Assembly (NCBI GenBank): GCA_017447515.1
Contig: JAFSNG010000042.1
Location: 7,186-71,185 of the forward strand
Direction of reading: 5' to 3'
Source of the DNA: Prevotella sp.
GTDB taxonomy: Bacteria; Bacteroidota; Bacteroidia; Bacteroidales; Bacteroidaceae
DNA length: 64,000 nt
Positions 51,210-60,856 of the stretch are shown here, in pieces; positions within the stretch are counted from its first letter, which is position 1; each line of letters opens with the position of its first letter. The notes under the pieces are model-generated. The model made no database searches and was not told the origin of the DNA. It saw nothing but the letters and a program-made list of their open reading frames with translations. Position numbers and translations under genes: made by a program.

Positions 51210-51241
51210 ATTCGCAACGCCACACTCTGCTTTGCAGAGAA
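51210..51241 (+). repeat. mini hairpin element, copy C
   Basis: ATTCGCAACGCCACACTCT-GCTTTGC-AGAGAA. Confidence 0.8.
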
Positions 51242-51272
51242 GATGTAATATATAATATAAACAAAACTACGT

Positions 51273-52736
51273 ATGAAAAAACTAATCTCTCTACTGCTGT
51301 TGGGCGTCACGCTGAGCGCCTCAGCGCAAAATCCGTACAAGCACTACACCCAGAATCTGCCTTTCCAGATGCCTGAGGTCAGTGCACCAAAGTTTCCAGA
51401 CCGTCAGGTGAACCTGAAGGACTTCGGTGCCGTTGGTGACGGCATTACGCTGAACACCGACGCTTTCGCAAAGGCTATCGACCAGCTGAGCCGTCAAGGT
51501 GGTGGTCGTCTGCTGGTTCCCGCTGGCGTATGGCACACGGGGCCCATTGAACTGAAGTCGAACATCAACCTCCACTTGGAGGTCGGTGCCGTCATCCTGT
51601 TTGCGGCTGACGAGAACCTCTACAAAATCATCAAGACCTCGTTTGAGGGCTTGGACACCCGTCGCTGTCAGTCGCCGCTAACCGCTAATGGTTGTGAGAA
51701 CATTGCCATTACGGGATGTGGCGTGATTGACGGCAACGGCCAGTATTGGCGTCCCGTCAAGAAGTCGAAGATGACCGCCAGCCAGTGGAAAGAGGTCTGC
51801 GACCGCCCGGGTGGTGTGAAGGTGCGTGACGACTACTGGGTTCCTTCGCAGGGCTATGCCGATGCCGAGAAGAATGCCAACATGAACGTGCCTAAGGCAA
51901 CGACCGATGCAGAGTGGAACGCCATCAAGCGTTTCCTGCGTCCCGTAATGATTTCGCTGGTCAACTGTAAGAACGTGCTGCTGCAGGGGGTTATCTTCCA
52001 GAATTCACCCGCGTGGAACATCCATCCGCTGATGTGTGAGAATGTCATTATAGACAATGTGCTGGCCCGCAATCCTGCCTACGCACAGAATGGTGACGCG
52101 CTCGATTTGGAGTCGTGCAAGAATGCCCTCATCGTCAATTCGAAGTTCGATGCTGGCGACGACGGCATCTGCATCAAGAGCGGCAAGGACAAGGACGGTC
52201 GTCTGCGTGGCAAGCCCTGTGAGAATGTCGTCGTCGACGGTTGTACCGTCTTCGCTGGTCACGGTGGCTTCGTCGTCGGTTCCGAGATGAGCGGCGGCGT
52301 CAGAAACATCCTCGTCAAGAGCTGTCAATTCCTGGGCACCGACGTGGGCCTGCGCTTCAAGTCCACACGCGGTCGCGGCGGTATTGTCGAAAATATCTTT
52401 ATTCGCGACATCTCTATGACCGATATCAAGACCGACGCCATTACCTTCAATATGTATTATGGCGGCAAGTCGGTTGCCGAGATGCTGGCCGACGGCGACA
52501 CTCCCGACAACACCACCAAGATGCCCGTTACCGAAGAAACGCCCATCTTCCGCAATATCGACATTCAGGACGTTGTGTGCAATGGTGCCGGACGCGCTAT
52601 GGAGTTCAACGGCCTGCCCGAAATGCCCATCAAGAACATCCGTCTGAAGAACATCGTCATCAAGGCGAAGAAGGATGCCGAGTTCACCAACTACGAGAAC
52701 GTCACGAAGGAGAACGTCAACATTACCATCGAGTAG
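51273..52736 (+). CDS. GH28 polygalacturonase-family hydrolase
   Basis: DFGAVGDG, NGD, GDD, GHGG, GSEMSGG, RFKS; signal peptide. Confidence 0.92.
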   Translation: MKKLISLLLLGVTLSASAQNPYKHYTQNLPFQMPEVSAPKFPDRQVNLKDFGAVGDGITLNTDAFAKAIDQLSRQGGGRLLVPAGVWHTGPIELKSNINLHLEVGAVILFAADENLYKIIKTSFEGLDTRRCQSPLTANGCENIAITGCGVIDGNGQYWRPVKKSKMTASQWKEVCDRPGGVKVRDDYWVPSQGYADAEKNANMNVPKATTDAEWNAIKRFLRPVMISLVNCKNVLLQGVIFQNSPAWNIHPLMCENVIIDNVLARNPAYAQNGDALDLESCKNALIVNSKFDAGDDGICIKSGKDKDGRLRGKPCENVVVDGCTVFAGHGGFVVGSEMSGGVRNILVKSCQFLGTDVGLRFKSTRGRGGIVENIFIRDISMTDIKTDAITFNMYYGGKSVAEMLADGDTPDNTTKMPVTEETPIFRNIDIQDVVCNGAGRAMEFNGLPEMPIKNIRLKNIVIKAKKDAEFTNYENVTKENVNITIE

Positions 52737-52783
52737 TCTCGTTTATCCGTTCAATTTGGCTCCCAAAAGTTGATTCACAAAAT

Positions 52784-52817
52784 AAGTGGGCTGATGTTTG
52801 GTCAGTCCACTTTTTTT
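52784..52817 (+). terminator. intrinsic terminator after GH28, overlapping the next promoter
   Basis: AAGTGGGCTGA-TGTTTGG-TCAGTCCACTT-TTTTT. Confidence 0.7.
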
Positions 52818-52851
52818 GCTTACCTTTGCAGCCTGAAATCTTTTCCTAACG

Positions 52852-54390
52852 ATGATGAAGAAACTATTGATTACAAAAAGTGCGATTTTGCGACAGCTGT
52901 CGGCAGCTGTCCTTTTAGCGGCAGCGGCCTCAAGCGTCGATGCTGCAAGTATAAGAGTGACGATTAAGGATACGCGATGCCAGACGATAACGGGCTTCGG
53001 TGCTGCCTGCTGTGACGGTGCCATGAAACCGTTCGGCACCGACACCAACCCCGTGAAGCTGCTCTACGGTGAGGAATCGAAGGTGGGACTGAACATTATG
53101 CGTATGGAAATCTCTCCAAGTTTCGAAGGTGAGGGCTGGGGCGACTACAACTGGAATGGTTCGCTGCCTTCTGCCAAGTTAGCCAAGGAACGCGGTGCAC
53201 TCGTGTTCGGCACGCCTTGGTCGCCCCCAGGGGAATACAAGACCAACGGCACGGCACAGGGTGGCAATGCTGAAGACCAAGGCTACCAGGAAGGCCGCCT
53301 GCGCAAGGACTGCTACGACAAATTCTTCCCCTGGCTGAACCTTTTTCTGGGTTGGATGCAGGAACATGGCGTCGATGTGGATGCCGTGTCGGTGCAGAAC
53401 GAGCCTGACTGGTGGGTGAACTACTCGGGGTGTCTCTATACGCCGGAAGAGCAGCTGGAACTGGTAAAGAACTATGCCTATATGCTGGACCGCGAGAAGT
53501 ACAAGGGTGTGCGCCTGATCAGTGGTGAGCCGCTCGGATTCCGTCCGGACTATTCCGACGCGCTGCTGGACGACCCCGTGGCTCGCGAGCAGGTGGACAT
53601 CATTGCCGGTCACATCTACGGCCACGCACCGCTTGGCAACATGAAGACGGTGGCCAAGAAGGCGTTGAAATACGGCAAGGAGGTTTGGATGACCGAGCAC
53701 TCATCGACGGACAATATCGGCGAGCGTCTGCCTACATGGCACGAGCAGCTGCTCTTTGCCGAGGAGCTGAACGAGTGTATGCTGGCAGGCGGCACAGGAT
53801 ATATTTATTGGTACATGCGCGCACACTGGGCATTCGTGAGCACAGGCGAGTCAAAGTATGGCGCCGAGAATAGCAGAAAGAACAAGCTATTGCCACGCGC
53901 CTACGTCCTGTCGCACTTCGCAAAGCATGTCACTGGCTCCACACGTCTGGAGATGTCGCCTACAATGGATAGTGGCACGGAGGCTGATAGGGAGTTTTCG
54001 GCATACATCAAGGGCGATTCGCTCATCCTCATGGCTATCGACACCACCGAGACGGCTTACGACATCAAACTGAAACTACCCTACAAGGTAAAGAGCGGTA
54101 TGCATCTGCTGTCGACGGGTAATGAGAAGGAGAACCTCTGTCAGGAATCTCCCATCGACATCGAAGAGCCTACGGCCAGCCTCGTGATCAATATGCCTGC
54201 CCGCAGCCTGAACACGTACATCTTTATGATTGACAACGGTAGCACGGCTATCGAGGAAATACGCCAGACGGACTGTGACAAGGTGGAGGCCTATTACGAC
54301 CTGCAAGGACGCCGGATGGACACTCCGCACGGCCTCTGCATAGAAAAATATGCCGACGGTTCATCGAGGAAAGTATTTATCAAGGATTAA
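52852..54390 (+). CDS. GH30 (glucurono)xylanase-like enzyme with T9SS tail
   Basis: QTITGFG, TPWSPP, QNEPD acid/base, WMTE nucleophile; ends TAIEEI...YYDLQGRR...RKVFIK. Confidence 0.85.
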   Translation: MMKKLLITKSAILRQLSAAVLLAAAASSVDAASIRVTIKDTRCQTITGFGAACCDGAMKPFGTDTNPVKLLYGEESKVGLNIMRMEISPSFEGEGWGDYNWNGSLPSAKLAKERGALVFGTPWSPPGEYKTNGTAQGGNAEDQGYQEGRLRKDCYDKFFPWLNLFLGWMQEHGVDVDAVSVQNEPDWWVNYSGCLYTPEEQLELVKNYAYMLDREKYKGVRLISGEPLGFRPDYSDALLDDPVAREQVDIIAGHIYGHAPLGNMKTVAKKALKYGKEVWMTEHSSTDNIGERLPTWHEQLLFAEELNECMLAGGTGYIYWYMRAHWAFVSTGESKYGAENSRKNKLLPRAYVLSHFAKHVTGSTRLEMSPTMDSGTEADREFSAYIKGDSLILMAIDTTETAYDIKLKLPYKVKSGMHLLSTGNEKENLCQESPIDIEEPTASLVINMPARSLNTYIFMIDNGSTAIEEIRQTDCDKVEAYYDLQGRRMDTPHGLCIEKYADGSSRKVFIKD

Positions 54391-54416
54391 GAATCCTTCG
54401 GTGATTTTTACAAAGT

Positions 54417-54458
54417 GATTTCGCCACTGCCGTAACAACGGTAGTGGCGAAGTCTTTT
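54417..54458. terminator. bidirectional terminator
   Basis: GATTTCGCCACTGCCGT-AACA-ACGGTAGTGGCGAAGTC-TTTT between convergent genes. Confidence 0.8.
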
Positions 54459-54471
54459 ATGGGGAGGGATG

Positions 54472-54639
54472 TTATTGTTTCTTCTTAAGCAGACGCTTGG
54501 CTTTGCGCAGAGCCTCGGTAATGATCCACTGCAGTTGGCCGTTCGTGCTGCGGAACTCATCCGCAGCCCAAGCCTCTATCGCGTTCATCGTCTCAGCGTC
54601 CACGCGCAGGATAAAACTCTTGGTCGTCTTCTCAGCCAT
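54472..54639 (-). CDS. 55-aa Arc/ribbon-helix-helix DNA-binding protein (not in the ORF track)
   Basis: Manually translated: MAEKTTKSFILRVDAETMNAIEAWAADEFRSTNGQLQWIITEALRKAKRLLKKKQ (FxLR strand, RS.N helix turn). Confidence 0.85.
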   Translation of the reverse strand: MAEKTTKSFILRVDAETMNAIEAWAADEFRSTNGQLQWIITEALRKAKRLLKKKQ

Positions 54640-54659
54640 AACCTCTTACATCAGCCATC

Positions 54660-55646
54660 TTAATGGTTCAGCGTTCCTGTGTTCACAACGGGCTGAGCGG
54701 AGTCATCGCCACAGAGTACCACCAACAGATTACTAACCATTGCAGCCTTCTTATCGTCATCCAACTCTACAATGTCCTCGTTGGAGAGTTTGTCGAGTGC
54801 CATCTTCACCATCGACACAGCACCCTCGACAATCTTCTCACGGGCGGTGATGATGGCCGAAGCCTGCTGGCGACGCAGCATGACGGCAGCAATCTCAGGA
54901 GCATAGGCCAGATAGTTGATGCGGGCCTCGACCACCTCGATACCTGCCAGAGCCAGTCGCTCGTTCAGCTTTTCTTCCAGCTGCTCGTTGATTTCATCAC
55001 CACCTCCACGCAGAGTGAGATTGTCGCTCTGACAATCGGTGCTCACCGTTGTCTTGTCCTCGTCGTCATAGGCATACTGACCAGCCACCTGACGCAGGGC
55101 AGCATCGCTCTGCACACGCACGAAGCGCTCAAGGGCATTCATGATGGAGCGCATGTCGGTACCCACGGAATTGGGAGCTGAAGCCATCGTCTGCGTATCC
55201 ACCTCGAACAAAGCCTTATACGTATCCTTCAGTTTCCATACCAGCACCAGACCAATCATCACAGGATTACCCGTCTTGTCGTTCACCTTGATGGGCTCTG
55301 CGTCGAGGTTACGAGCGCGCAGGCTTACCTTCTTAGTGCTATAGAGGGGGTTAATCCAGAAAAAGCCAGTCTTCGAGAACGTGCCGCTATACTTTCCGAA
55401 CCAAGTAGCTACGCGAGCCTCGTTGGGTTCGAGCATCATGTGTCCACACCACATGAAGATATTGACAACGAACAACAGAATGGCACCGCCCATCAGCCAT
55501 CCACCATTTGAACCATCGCTTTCGTCGAGCAAGATGATGCTGAAGACAATCATGACAATAGACAATACCAGAATCAGGAAGTTGACCAACAACATTAGGA
55601 ATCCGTTCATCACCAAACCTTTGAATGCAATTTCTTTTGTTTCCAT
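54660..55646 (-). CDS. SPFH/band-7 domain membrane protein
   Basis: Two N-terminal TMs, [38 protein letters not shown]. Confidence 0.9.
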   Translation of the reverse strand: METKEIAFKGLVMNGFLMLLVNFLILVLSIVMIVFSIILLDESDGSNGGWLMGGAILLFVVNIFMWCGHMMLEPNEARVATWFGKYSGTFSKTGFFWINPLYSTKKVSLRARNLDAEPIKVNDKTGNPVMIGLVLVWKLKDTYKALFEVDTQTMASAPNSVGTDMRSIMNALERFVRVQSDAALRQVAGQYAYDDEDKTTVSTDCQSDNLTLRGGGDEINEQLEEKLNERLALAGIEVVEARINYLAYAPEIAAVMLRRQQASAIITAREKIVEGAVSMVKMALDKLSNEDIVELDDDKKAAMVSNLLVVLCGDDSAQPVVNTGTLNH

Positions 55647-55672
55647 AATATTCAATGTTTAATATTCATGAT

Positions 55673-55689
55673 GATATCAATTTAATATC
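55673..55689. promoter_or_regulatory. palindromic operator at the SPFH-RHH transcription start
   Basis: GATATCAA-T-TTAATATC (7/8 inverted), abutting the minus-strand TATCTTTG -7 box. Confidence 0.55.
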
Positions 55690-55765
55690 GCAAAGATATG
55701 GACTATTTTTGAAATAACAATGGATTTGTTTGCATATTTAATCTTTTTTAATTAATTTTGCACCC

Positions 55766-56842
55766 ATGAACGTCAATGAGATAGAAAACAAGCGTATTGC
55801 TGTGCTGCTTTCGGGCGGTGTCGATTCCAGCGTGGTGCTCTACGAACTGGTGCGTCAGGGCTTGCATCCGGACTGCTTTTACATCAAGATAGGTCCTGAG
55901 GAGGAAGAGGAGTGGGACTGCTCCTCGGAGGAGGATTTGGAGATGGCCACAGCCGTTTCGCACAAGTATGGTTGTAAGTTGGAGGTCATCGACTGCCACC
56001 GCGAGTATTGGGACAAGGTGACGACATACACGATGGATAAGGTACGCGCGGGTATGACGCCCAACCCCGATGTGATGTGCAACCGTCTCATTAAGTTTGG
56101 TGCCTTCCACGAGAAGTGCGGTCACAATTACGACCTCATCGCCACAGGCCATTACGCCACGACGGAAGAAGAAGCCCCTATAAAGTGGCTCTGCACCAGT
56201 CCTGACCCCGTGAAAGACCAGACCGACTTCCTTGCTCAGATTTATGACTGGCAGCTGGCGAAGGCGCTGTTTCCCATTGGTCACATGATGAAGGACGAGG
56301 TGCGCGTGATTGCAGAGCGCGAGCATTTGGTCAATGCTAAGCGCAAGGACTCGCAGGGCATCTGTTTCTTGGGCAAAATCAACTACAACGACTATCTGCG
56401 CCGCTACTTAGGCGAGTTGCCCGGCGACGTGGTGGAGCTGGAGACGGGCAAGAAAATCGGTCAGCACAAAGGGCATTGGTTCCACACCATCGGACAGCGC
56501 AAGGGCATGGGGCTGGGCGGCGGTCCTTGGTTTGTCGTCAAGAAAGATATCGACCAGAACATTATCTACGTGTCTCACGGCTACGACCCTGCGACAGCCT
56601 ACAAGCAGGACTTTCCTATCATGGACTTCCACAGCATCAACGGACAACTGCCCCCAACGGATATCACGCTGAAGATTCGCCACACCCCCGAATATCTGCC
56701 TGCCAAATTGGGGAGCTTGGGTGAAGGTCGCTATATGGTACATGCCGATGCACCCATTCACGGTGTCGCTCCTGGTCAGTTCTGCGTCGTTTACGACAAT
56801 CGCCACCACCGTTGCTTCGGCAGTGGCGAAATCACCATCTAA
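55766..56842 (+). CDS. mnmA: tRNA 2-thiouridine(34) synthase
   Basis: SGGVDSS, TPNPDVMCNR, IATGHY, KDQT, KDSQGICF, TIGQRKG, APGQ. Confidence 0.95.
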   Translation: MNVNEIENKRIAVLLSGGVDSSVVLYELVRQGLHPDCFYIKIGPEEEEEWDCSSEEDLEMATAVSHKYGCKLEVIDCHREYWDKVTTYTMDKVRAGMTPNPDVMCNRLIKFGAFHEKCGHNYDLIATGHYATTEEEAPIKWLCTSPDPVKDQTDFLAQIYDWQLAKALFPIGHMMKDEVRVIAEREHLVNAKRKDSQGICFLGKINYNDYLRRYLGELPGDVVELETGKKIGQHKGHWFHTIGQRKGMGLGGGPWFVVKKDIDQNIIYVSHGYDPATAYKQDFPIMDFHSINGQLPPTDITLKIRHTPEYLPAKLGSLGEGRYMVHADAPIHGVAPGQFCVVYDNRHHRCFGSGEITI

Positions 56843-56852
56843 GATTTCTGTT

Positions 56853-59534
56853 TCAGCATATCACCTTCATGGTGCGTTGTGTGCCGTCAGCCAGTGTCTC
56901 GCGCACAATGGTAAGACCGTGTTGCAAACAGGAAACCTGACGACCGTCCATGGTAAAGTACTGACGACGGACGACTTCCGACGAATTGGTATCAATCGTT
57001 CTGATAGCCGTAGTCGTGATGGGAATTTGTTCTCCCATCAGGCTGTTCAGGTAAATCTCCAGAGCGGTATAACCCTCAGCAGAAGCCACCTGCTTGCCAT
57101 CCTCAGGATCGGCAGGGTTGAAGCCATTGGCCGTTTCCCAGTCGTCAGCCATTCCGTCATGATCGTTGTCGGCTGGGGCAATGGCATCGGCATACACGGG
57201 CCACCCCTCCGCATCATCAGGCGAATCGATGAATCCCGCCTTGTTGAGTGACGAACCTTTATACTGCGCCTGCTTCGTACGCACCTCATCTACAATGCGC
57301 TGTTCCGTCACGTCGCGATGGATGGTACCTGCCTCCGCCAACACGTGTTCGTAGGCATCCTCCGCACTCTCCGTAGGCGTGCGATAGCGGTCGTAATCGT
57401 CGAACTGGCATTTCGACAGACGCGAAACCTCCGGCGAGGGATAAACCAACGTCTCCGACTTCATACCCTCTACCGTATACGTCGTATTGTTGTAAATGGC
57501 ACTCCAGTTGTCGTTCGTCGCAGTGCTATTGCCTTCCATCACGTTGTCGGCAAAATACCAGCGCGAGGGATTGTCGTTGAGCGTCTTGCCATTGCGAGCG
57601 CCAGACAGCTCCATGAAATAGCTGTTGCCGGGCGTCGAAGGGCCGGGCTTGTAGTAGTTGCCCACGAAATTACACTCGTGCGAACTCTTCGGACCAGCCT
57701 CGTTTTCACCGCCATAGCACGAATTCTTCTTGCCCCAGTTGTAATTCACGTTGTTCATATACTCCATAAACACGTTACGGTCCTCCGTCTCGCTGCTGGC
57801 ACCGTTCAGTCGTGAACTGCGGTTGTAGTTGTGCGCCAGCAGGTTGTGATGATAGGTGGCAGGCGAACCACCCCACTGATCACCATAGCTGCGCTTGCCC
57901 TTCTGATGGCCGGCATCGTAAAGACCTTCATGGACGATACACCACTGAACGGTGGTAAAGTGGTTGTCGTAGATGGTCATATTCTCCTCGCCACTCCATC
58001 CAAAACAGCAGTGATCGATGATGATGTTCTTGGCATTCTCGATGCCCAGGCCTGCACCAGCGATGAAACGGCTATCCTCAGGTTTGGCAAGGTCAGCTTC
58101 ATCAATAATGCCCACACGGAAACGCAGGTTACGGATAATGACATTGTCCGAACCGCCCAGGTTCACCTTACCGCCACGAATCAGGATGCCGTCGCCCGGA
58201 GCAGTCTGTCCGGCTATGGTGACATTCTTCAGACTGGCTCGCAGTTCACGTTTCTTCTGCGCATTCATACCCAGCTTGATGACACCACTCACGCGGAACA
58301 CGATGGTCGCATTCTCCTTGCCAGCCTTGGTCAGTGCCCAGCGCAGCGACCCCTCAGAAGGGTTCGACGGGTCGTCTTCCAGATTCGTCACCTCGACCAC
58401 CTTGCAAGCACGTCCACCACTGACAAACTTGCCAAAACCGCGGGCCGTGGGAAATGCTAGCAACGCGTTCTCCAACGGCGCATAGTCGTCCGTTGCCGCC
58501 TGTTGGTGACTGGCAATGACCGCTTCAGGGTCGTAGGCCTTCGCCGAAGTCTTCAGAGCGCGATAGGCCGCATCCACCTTCGCCCACGTATTGACCTTCT
58601 CGTAGTCGACATCTGTCAGCTGGTGGCTCCAACTGATGCGCTGCGACACGTCAGCCAACGCATCACCGTTCTTACTCTTATATTCGGCATAGTACGATTT
58701 CGTCCCGTCGTTGCCACCCATCGTCTCCCAACCGGCGGCCTTGATGACGTTGTTCAGCTGACAGTTCAGAAACATCGAGCCACACTTCTCAGCTCCCCAG
58801 CAGCGGCCAAGGCTGACGCTCTTGTCTGAGACACCAGCAGCCTTGGTCACCTCACACTGGTTGAAGATGAATCCCAGCCACATCTTTGTACCATCTTCAG
58901 CAGTCGTATATACGGTAATATCCTCCGGAGCCGTAATATATCCACCATCCACGCAGTGTAGCGTACAGCGCTCAAACCAACAGGTACCACCCGCATAGAT
59001 ATAGTCCGTACGACCCTCTATGACACACTCCTTATAGTAGCTGCGTGTATCCTTCTTCGAACGGTGCGTATCCTGATATCCCGCCACCCGACAACGATAG
59101 TAGGTCTGACAATCGCCACTGACAAAGAGTGCCAGCGCCTGTCCGGCTGCTGAACCGCCCGTATTCTCGATACACAAATCCTGCGCATAGAAGTCGTCGG
59201 CAAAGACCGCCAGTGTGGCATAGTCGCGAACGTCCTTGCTATTGCCGATATTGTTCTTGCCCTTAGCCTCGGTGATGATGGTCTTACCCATCCCCTCGCC
59301 TATCAACGCAATCTTCTTCATCGACGGATTCTGGCGTGTACCCACTTTCACTAGTTCCTTATACGTTCCGGCCTTTACCCGAATGGTAGCCTCCTCACCC
59401 TCAGCCACCGCGTCGATAGCTGCCTGAATGGTGGTGTAGTCACCCGTTCCGTCTTGGCTTACCACCAATGTCCGTTGCGCCTGCATAGCTGTTACTACAA
59501 CAGCCATGAGTAGCATCAATAGCATTCTTTTCAT
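56853..59534 (-). CDS. pectin methylesterase (CE8) + pectate lyase (PL1) fusion with T9SS tail
   Basis: GDYTTIQAA, QALAL, GYQDT, DYIY, LGRCW (CE8); AFPTARGFG, GSLRWA, TIAGQTAPG, IIDHC (PL1); DNDHDGMADDWE; CTD. Confidence 0.9.
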   Translation of the reverse strand: MKRMLLMLLMAVVVTAMQAQRTLVVSQDGTGDYTTIQAAIDAVAEGEEATIRVKAGTYKELVKVGTRQNPSMKKIALIGEGMGKTIITEAKGKNNIGNSKDVRDYATLAVFADDFYAQDLCIENTGGSAAGQALALFVSGDCQTYYRCRVAGYQDTHRSKKDTRSYYKECVIEGRTDYIYAGGTCWFERCTLHCVDGGYITAPEDITVYTTAEDGTKMWLGFIFNQCEVTKAAGVSDKSVSLGRCWGAEKCGSMFLNCQLNNVIKAAGWETMGGNDGTKSYYAEYKSKNGDALADVSQRISWSHQLTDVDYEKVNTWAKVDAAYRALKTSAKAYDPEAVIASHQQAATDDYAPLENALLAFPTARGFGKFVSGGRACKVVEVTNLEDDPSNPSEGSLRWALTKAGKENATIVFRVSGVIKLGMNAQKKRELRASLKNVTIAGQTAPGDGILIRGGKVNLGGSDNVIIRNLRFRVGIIDEADLAKPEDSRFIAGAGLGIENAKNIIIDHCCFGWSGEENMTIYDNHFTTVQWCIVHEGLYDAGHQKGKRSYGDQWGGSPATYHHNLLAHNYNRSSRLNGASSETEDRNVFMEYMNNVNYNWGKKNSCYGGENEAGPKSSHECNFVGNYYKPGPSTPGNSYFMELSGARNGKTLNDNPSRWYFADNVMEGNSTATNDNWSAIYNNTTYTVEGMKSETLVYPSPEVSRLSKCQFDDYDRYRTPTESAEDAYEHVLAEAGTIHRDVTEQRIVDEVRTKQAQYKGSSLNKAGFIDSPDDAEGWPVYADAIAPADNDHDGMADDWETANGFNPADPEDGKQVASAEGYTALEIYLNSLMGEQIPITTTAIRTIDTNSSEVVRRQYFTMDGRQVSCLQHGLTIVRETLADGTQRTMKVIC

Positions 59535-59554
59535 ATCGCTTGTTTACCTTATTA

Positions 59555-59587
59555 TATATAATTAGACGGTCACCATCGTCATTTGTC
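59555..59587 (-). promoter_or_regulatory. putative ECF-sigma promoter GACAAA-N13-CGTCTA
   Basis: GACAAATGACGATGGTGACCGTCTAATTATATA; matches 8604-8636. Confidence 0.5.
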
Positions 59588-59611
59588 GTCATCACGCCTT
59601 GCCCAAAAACG

Positions 59612-59644
59612 ATAAAAGGGCAGACATCAAGTCCACCCTTTTAT
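59612..59644 (-). terminator. intrinsic terminator
   Basis: ATAAAAGGGTGGAC-TTGAT-GTCTGCCCTTTTAT on the minus strand after the 59666 stop. Confidence 0.75.
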
Positions 59645-59665
59645 GCTATCAAACTCTTATTTCGC

Positions 59666-60724
59666 TTACTTCACCACAAACTTGCGACCGTTCTGAAGGA
59701 CGACACCCTTGTAGCTGTCGGAAACCTTCTGTCCTGCGAGGTTGTAGCGAGCACCATCAGCCTTCTCAGCAACAGTTTTGATGGTCTCGACACTAGTCAG
59801 ATCCTCCTTAGACTTGCCTGCATAGAAGTTGTAGCTCTGGAAACCAATCTGAGAGTTACCCTGGAAGAGCCAGTAGGTCTTGCCTGCCTTAACGTCAAGA
59901 ATCATGTTGCCCCAGAAAGGCTGGTTACCAGCACCAATCACCCAAGGCTTGTCCTCGCTGCCCAACGCACGGATCTCGTCGTTGCTGAGCCACTTCTTCT
60001 GACCAACCTGATCGGCAGTACACAAACCGGCTTCAACGTCTTCTTCCTTCCAAGTCTGACCATTGATGTAACCCTCAACGAGATAGGGGCTGCACTGCTT
60101 GGTATCGCCGTCAACAACGAAAGTGGTACGGTTACCCTTGTTGGCCCAAACGCCAATCTTCAGCGCACCATCCTGCTTAACAGTGAACTTATAGTACAGT
60201 CCGCTCTGGGGCTCACCACCAGTTTCGGGGTCGAAGGTGACATACACCACGCGGTATTTGCCAGTAGCCTCTCCGTCGGTATAGATCTCCTCAGCCATCA
60301 AGAACACAGCAGGCACACCTGTGCCGACGACATACGAGAAATTGATATCGCCCTGATTCTTCACTTCCCACTTGATGGGCTTGGTAGAATTGATGGAAAC
60401 GAGCTCGTAGAGGTGCTTTTCTTCGTCAATGAGGTTACCGATGGTAATGTCCTGACCCAAGTTGACAGTGGGATCATCGGGATCAACCTTGTCGGCAGGT
60501 TCTGCAGAACCTACAGCCTCAACCTCGATGTTGGCGGTACCGAACTTGACAACAGAATTACCATTCTCTACGTTCGTTGCCTCCTTGGTTTCGGGGTTAA
60601 TAACGGCAGCATACTCGGCGGAGATGTTACCATCCTGGTCGACTGCGACAAAGGTCTCAGCCTCCTGTGCATTCACACTCATAGCACAAAGTGCTACGGA
60701 AATAAGCGTAAAAATTTTCTTCAT
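59666..60724 (-). CDS. secreted acidic hypothetical protein with T9SS tail
   Basis: MKKIFTL signal peptide; ends TSVETI...RYNLAGQKV...KGVVLQNGRKFVVK. Confidence 0.8.
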   Translation of the reverse strand: MKKIFTLISVALCAMSVNAQEAETFVAVDQDGNISAEYAAVINPETKEATNVENGNSVVKFGTANIEVEAVGSAEPADKVDPDDPTVNLGQDITIGNLIDEEKHLYELVSINSTKPIKWEVKNQGDINFSYVVGTGVPAVFLMAEEIYTDGEATGKYRVVYVTFDPETGGEPQSGLYYKFTVKQDGALKIGVWANKGNRTTFVVDGDTKQCSPYLVEGYINGQTWKEEDVEAGLCTADQVGQKKWLSNDEIRALGSEDKPWVIGAGNQPFWGNMILDVKAGKTYWLFQGNSQIGFQSYNFYAGKSKEDLTSVETIKTVAEKADGARYNLAGQKVSDSYKGVVLQNGRKFVVK

Positions 60725-60856
60725 ACTCAATTTGTTTTTGTTATTAATTAGTAATTGATTTGTTTCGTTTTGTACGACATACGTACGTACTTCGTTGCAA
60801 AAGTACGGTTTTTCCGTGAATCCACCAAATATTCTGCTAAGTTTTTCGCGAAATTA

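Noticed and set aside
54351-54370. GCCGACGGTTCATCG as another REP-like palindrome
   Set aside because: Encodes the ordinary (Y)ADG(S/T) turn of Prevotella T9SS tails (compare LADGTQR in CE8-PL1); the stem is weak.
54472-55646. Toxin-antitoxin pair
   Set aside because: The partner of the RHH protein is an SPFH membrane protein, not a toxin fold.
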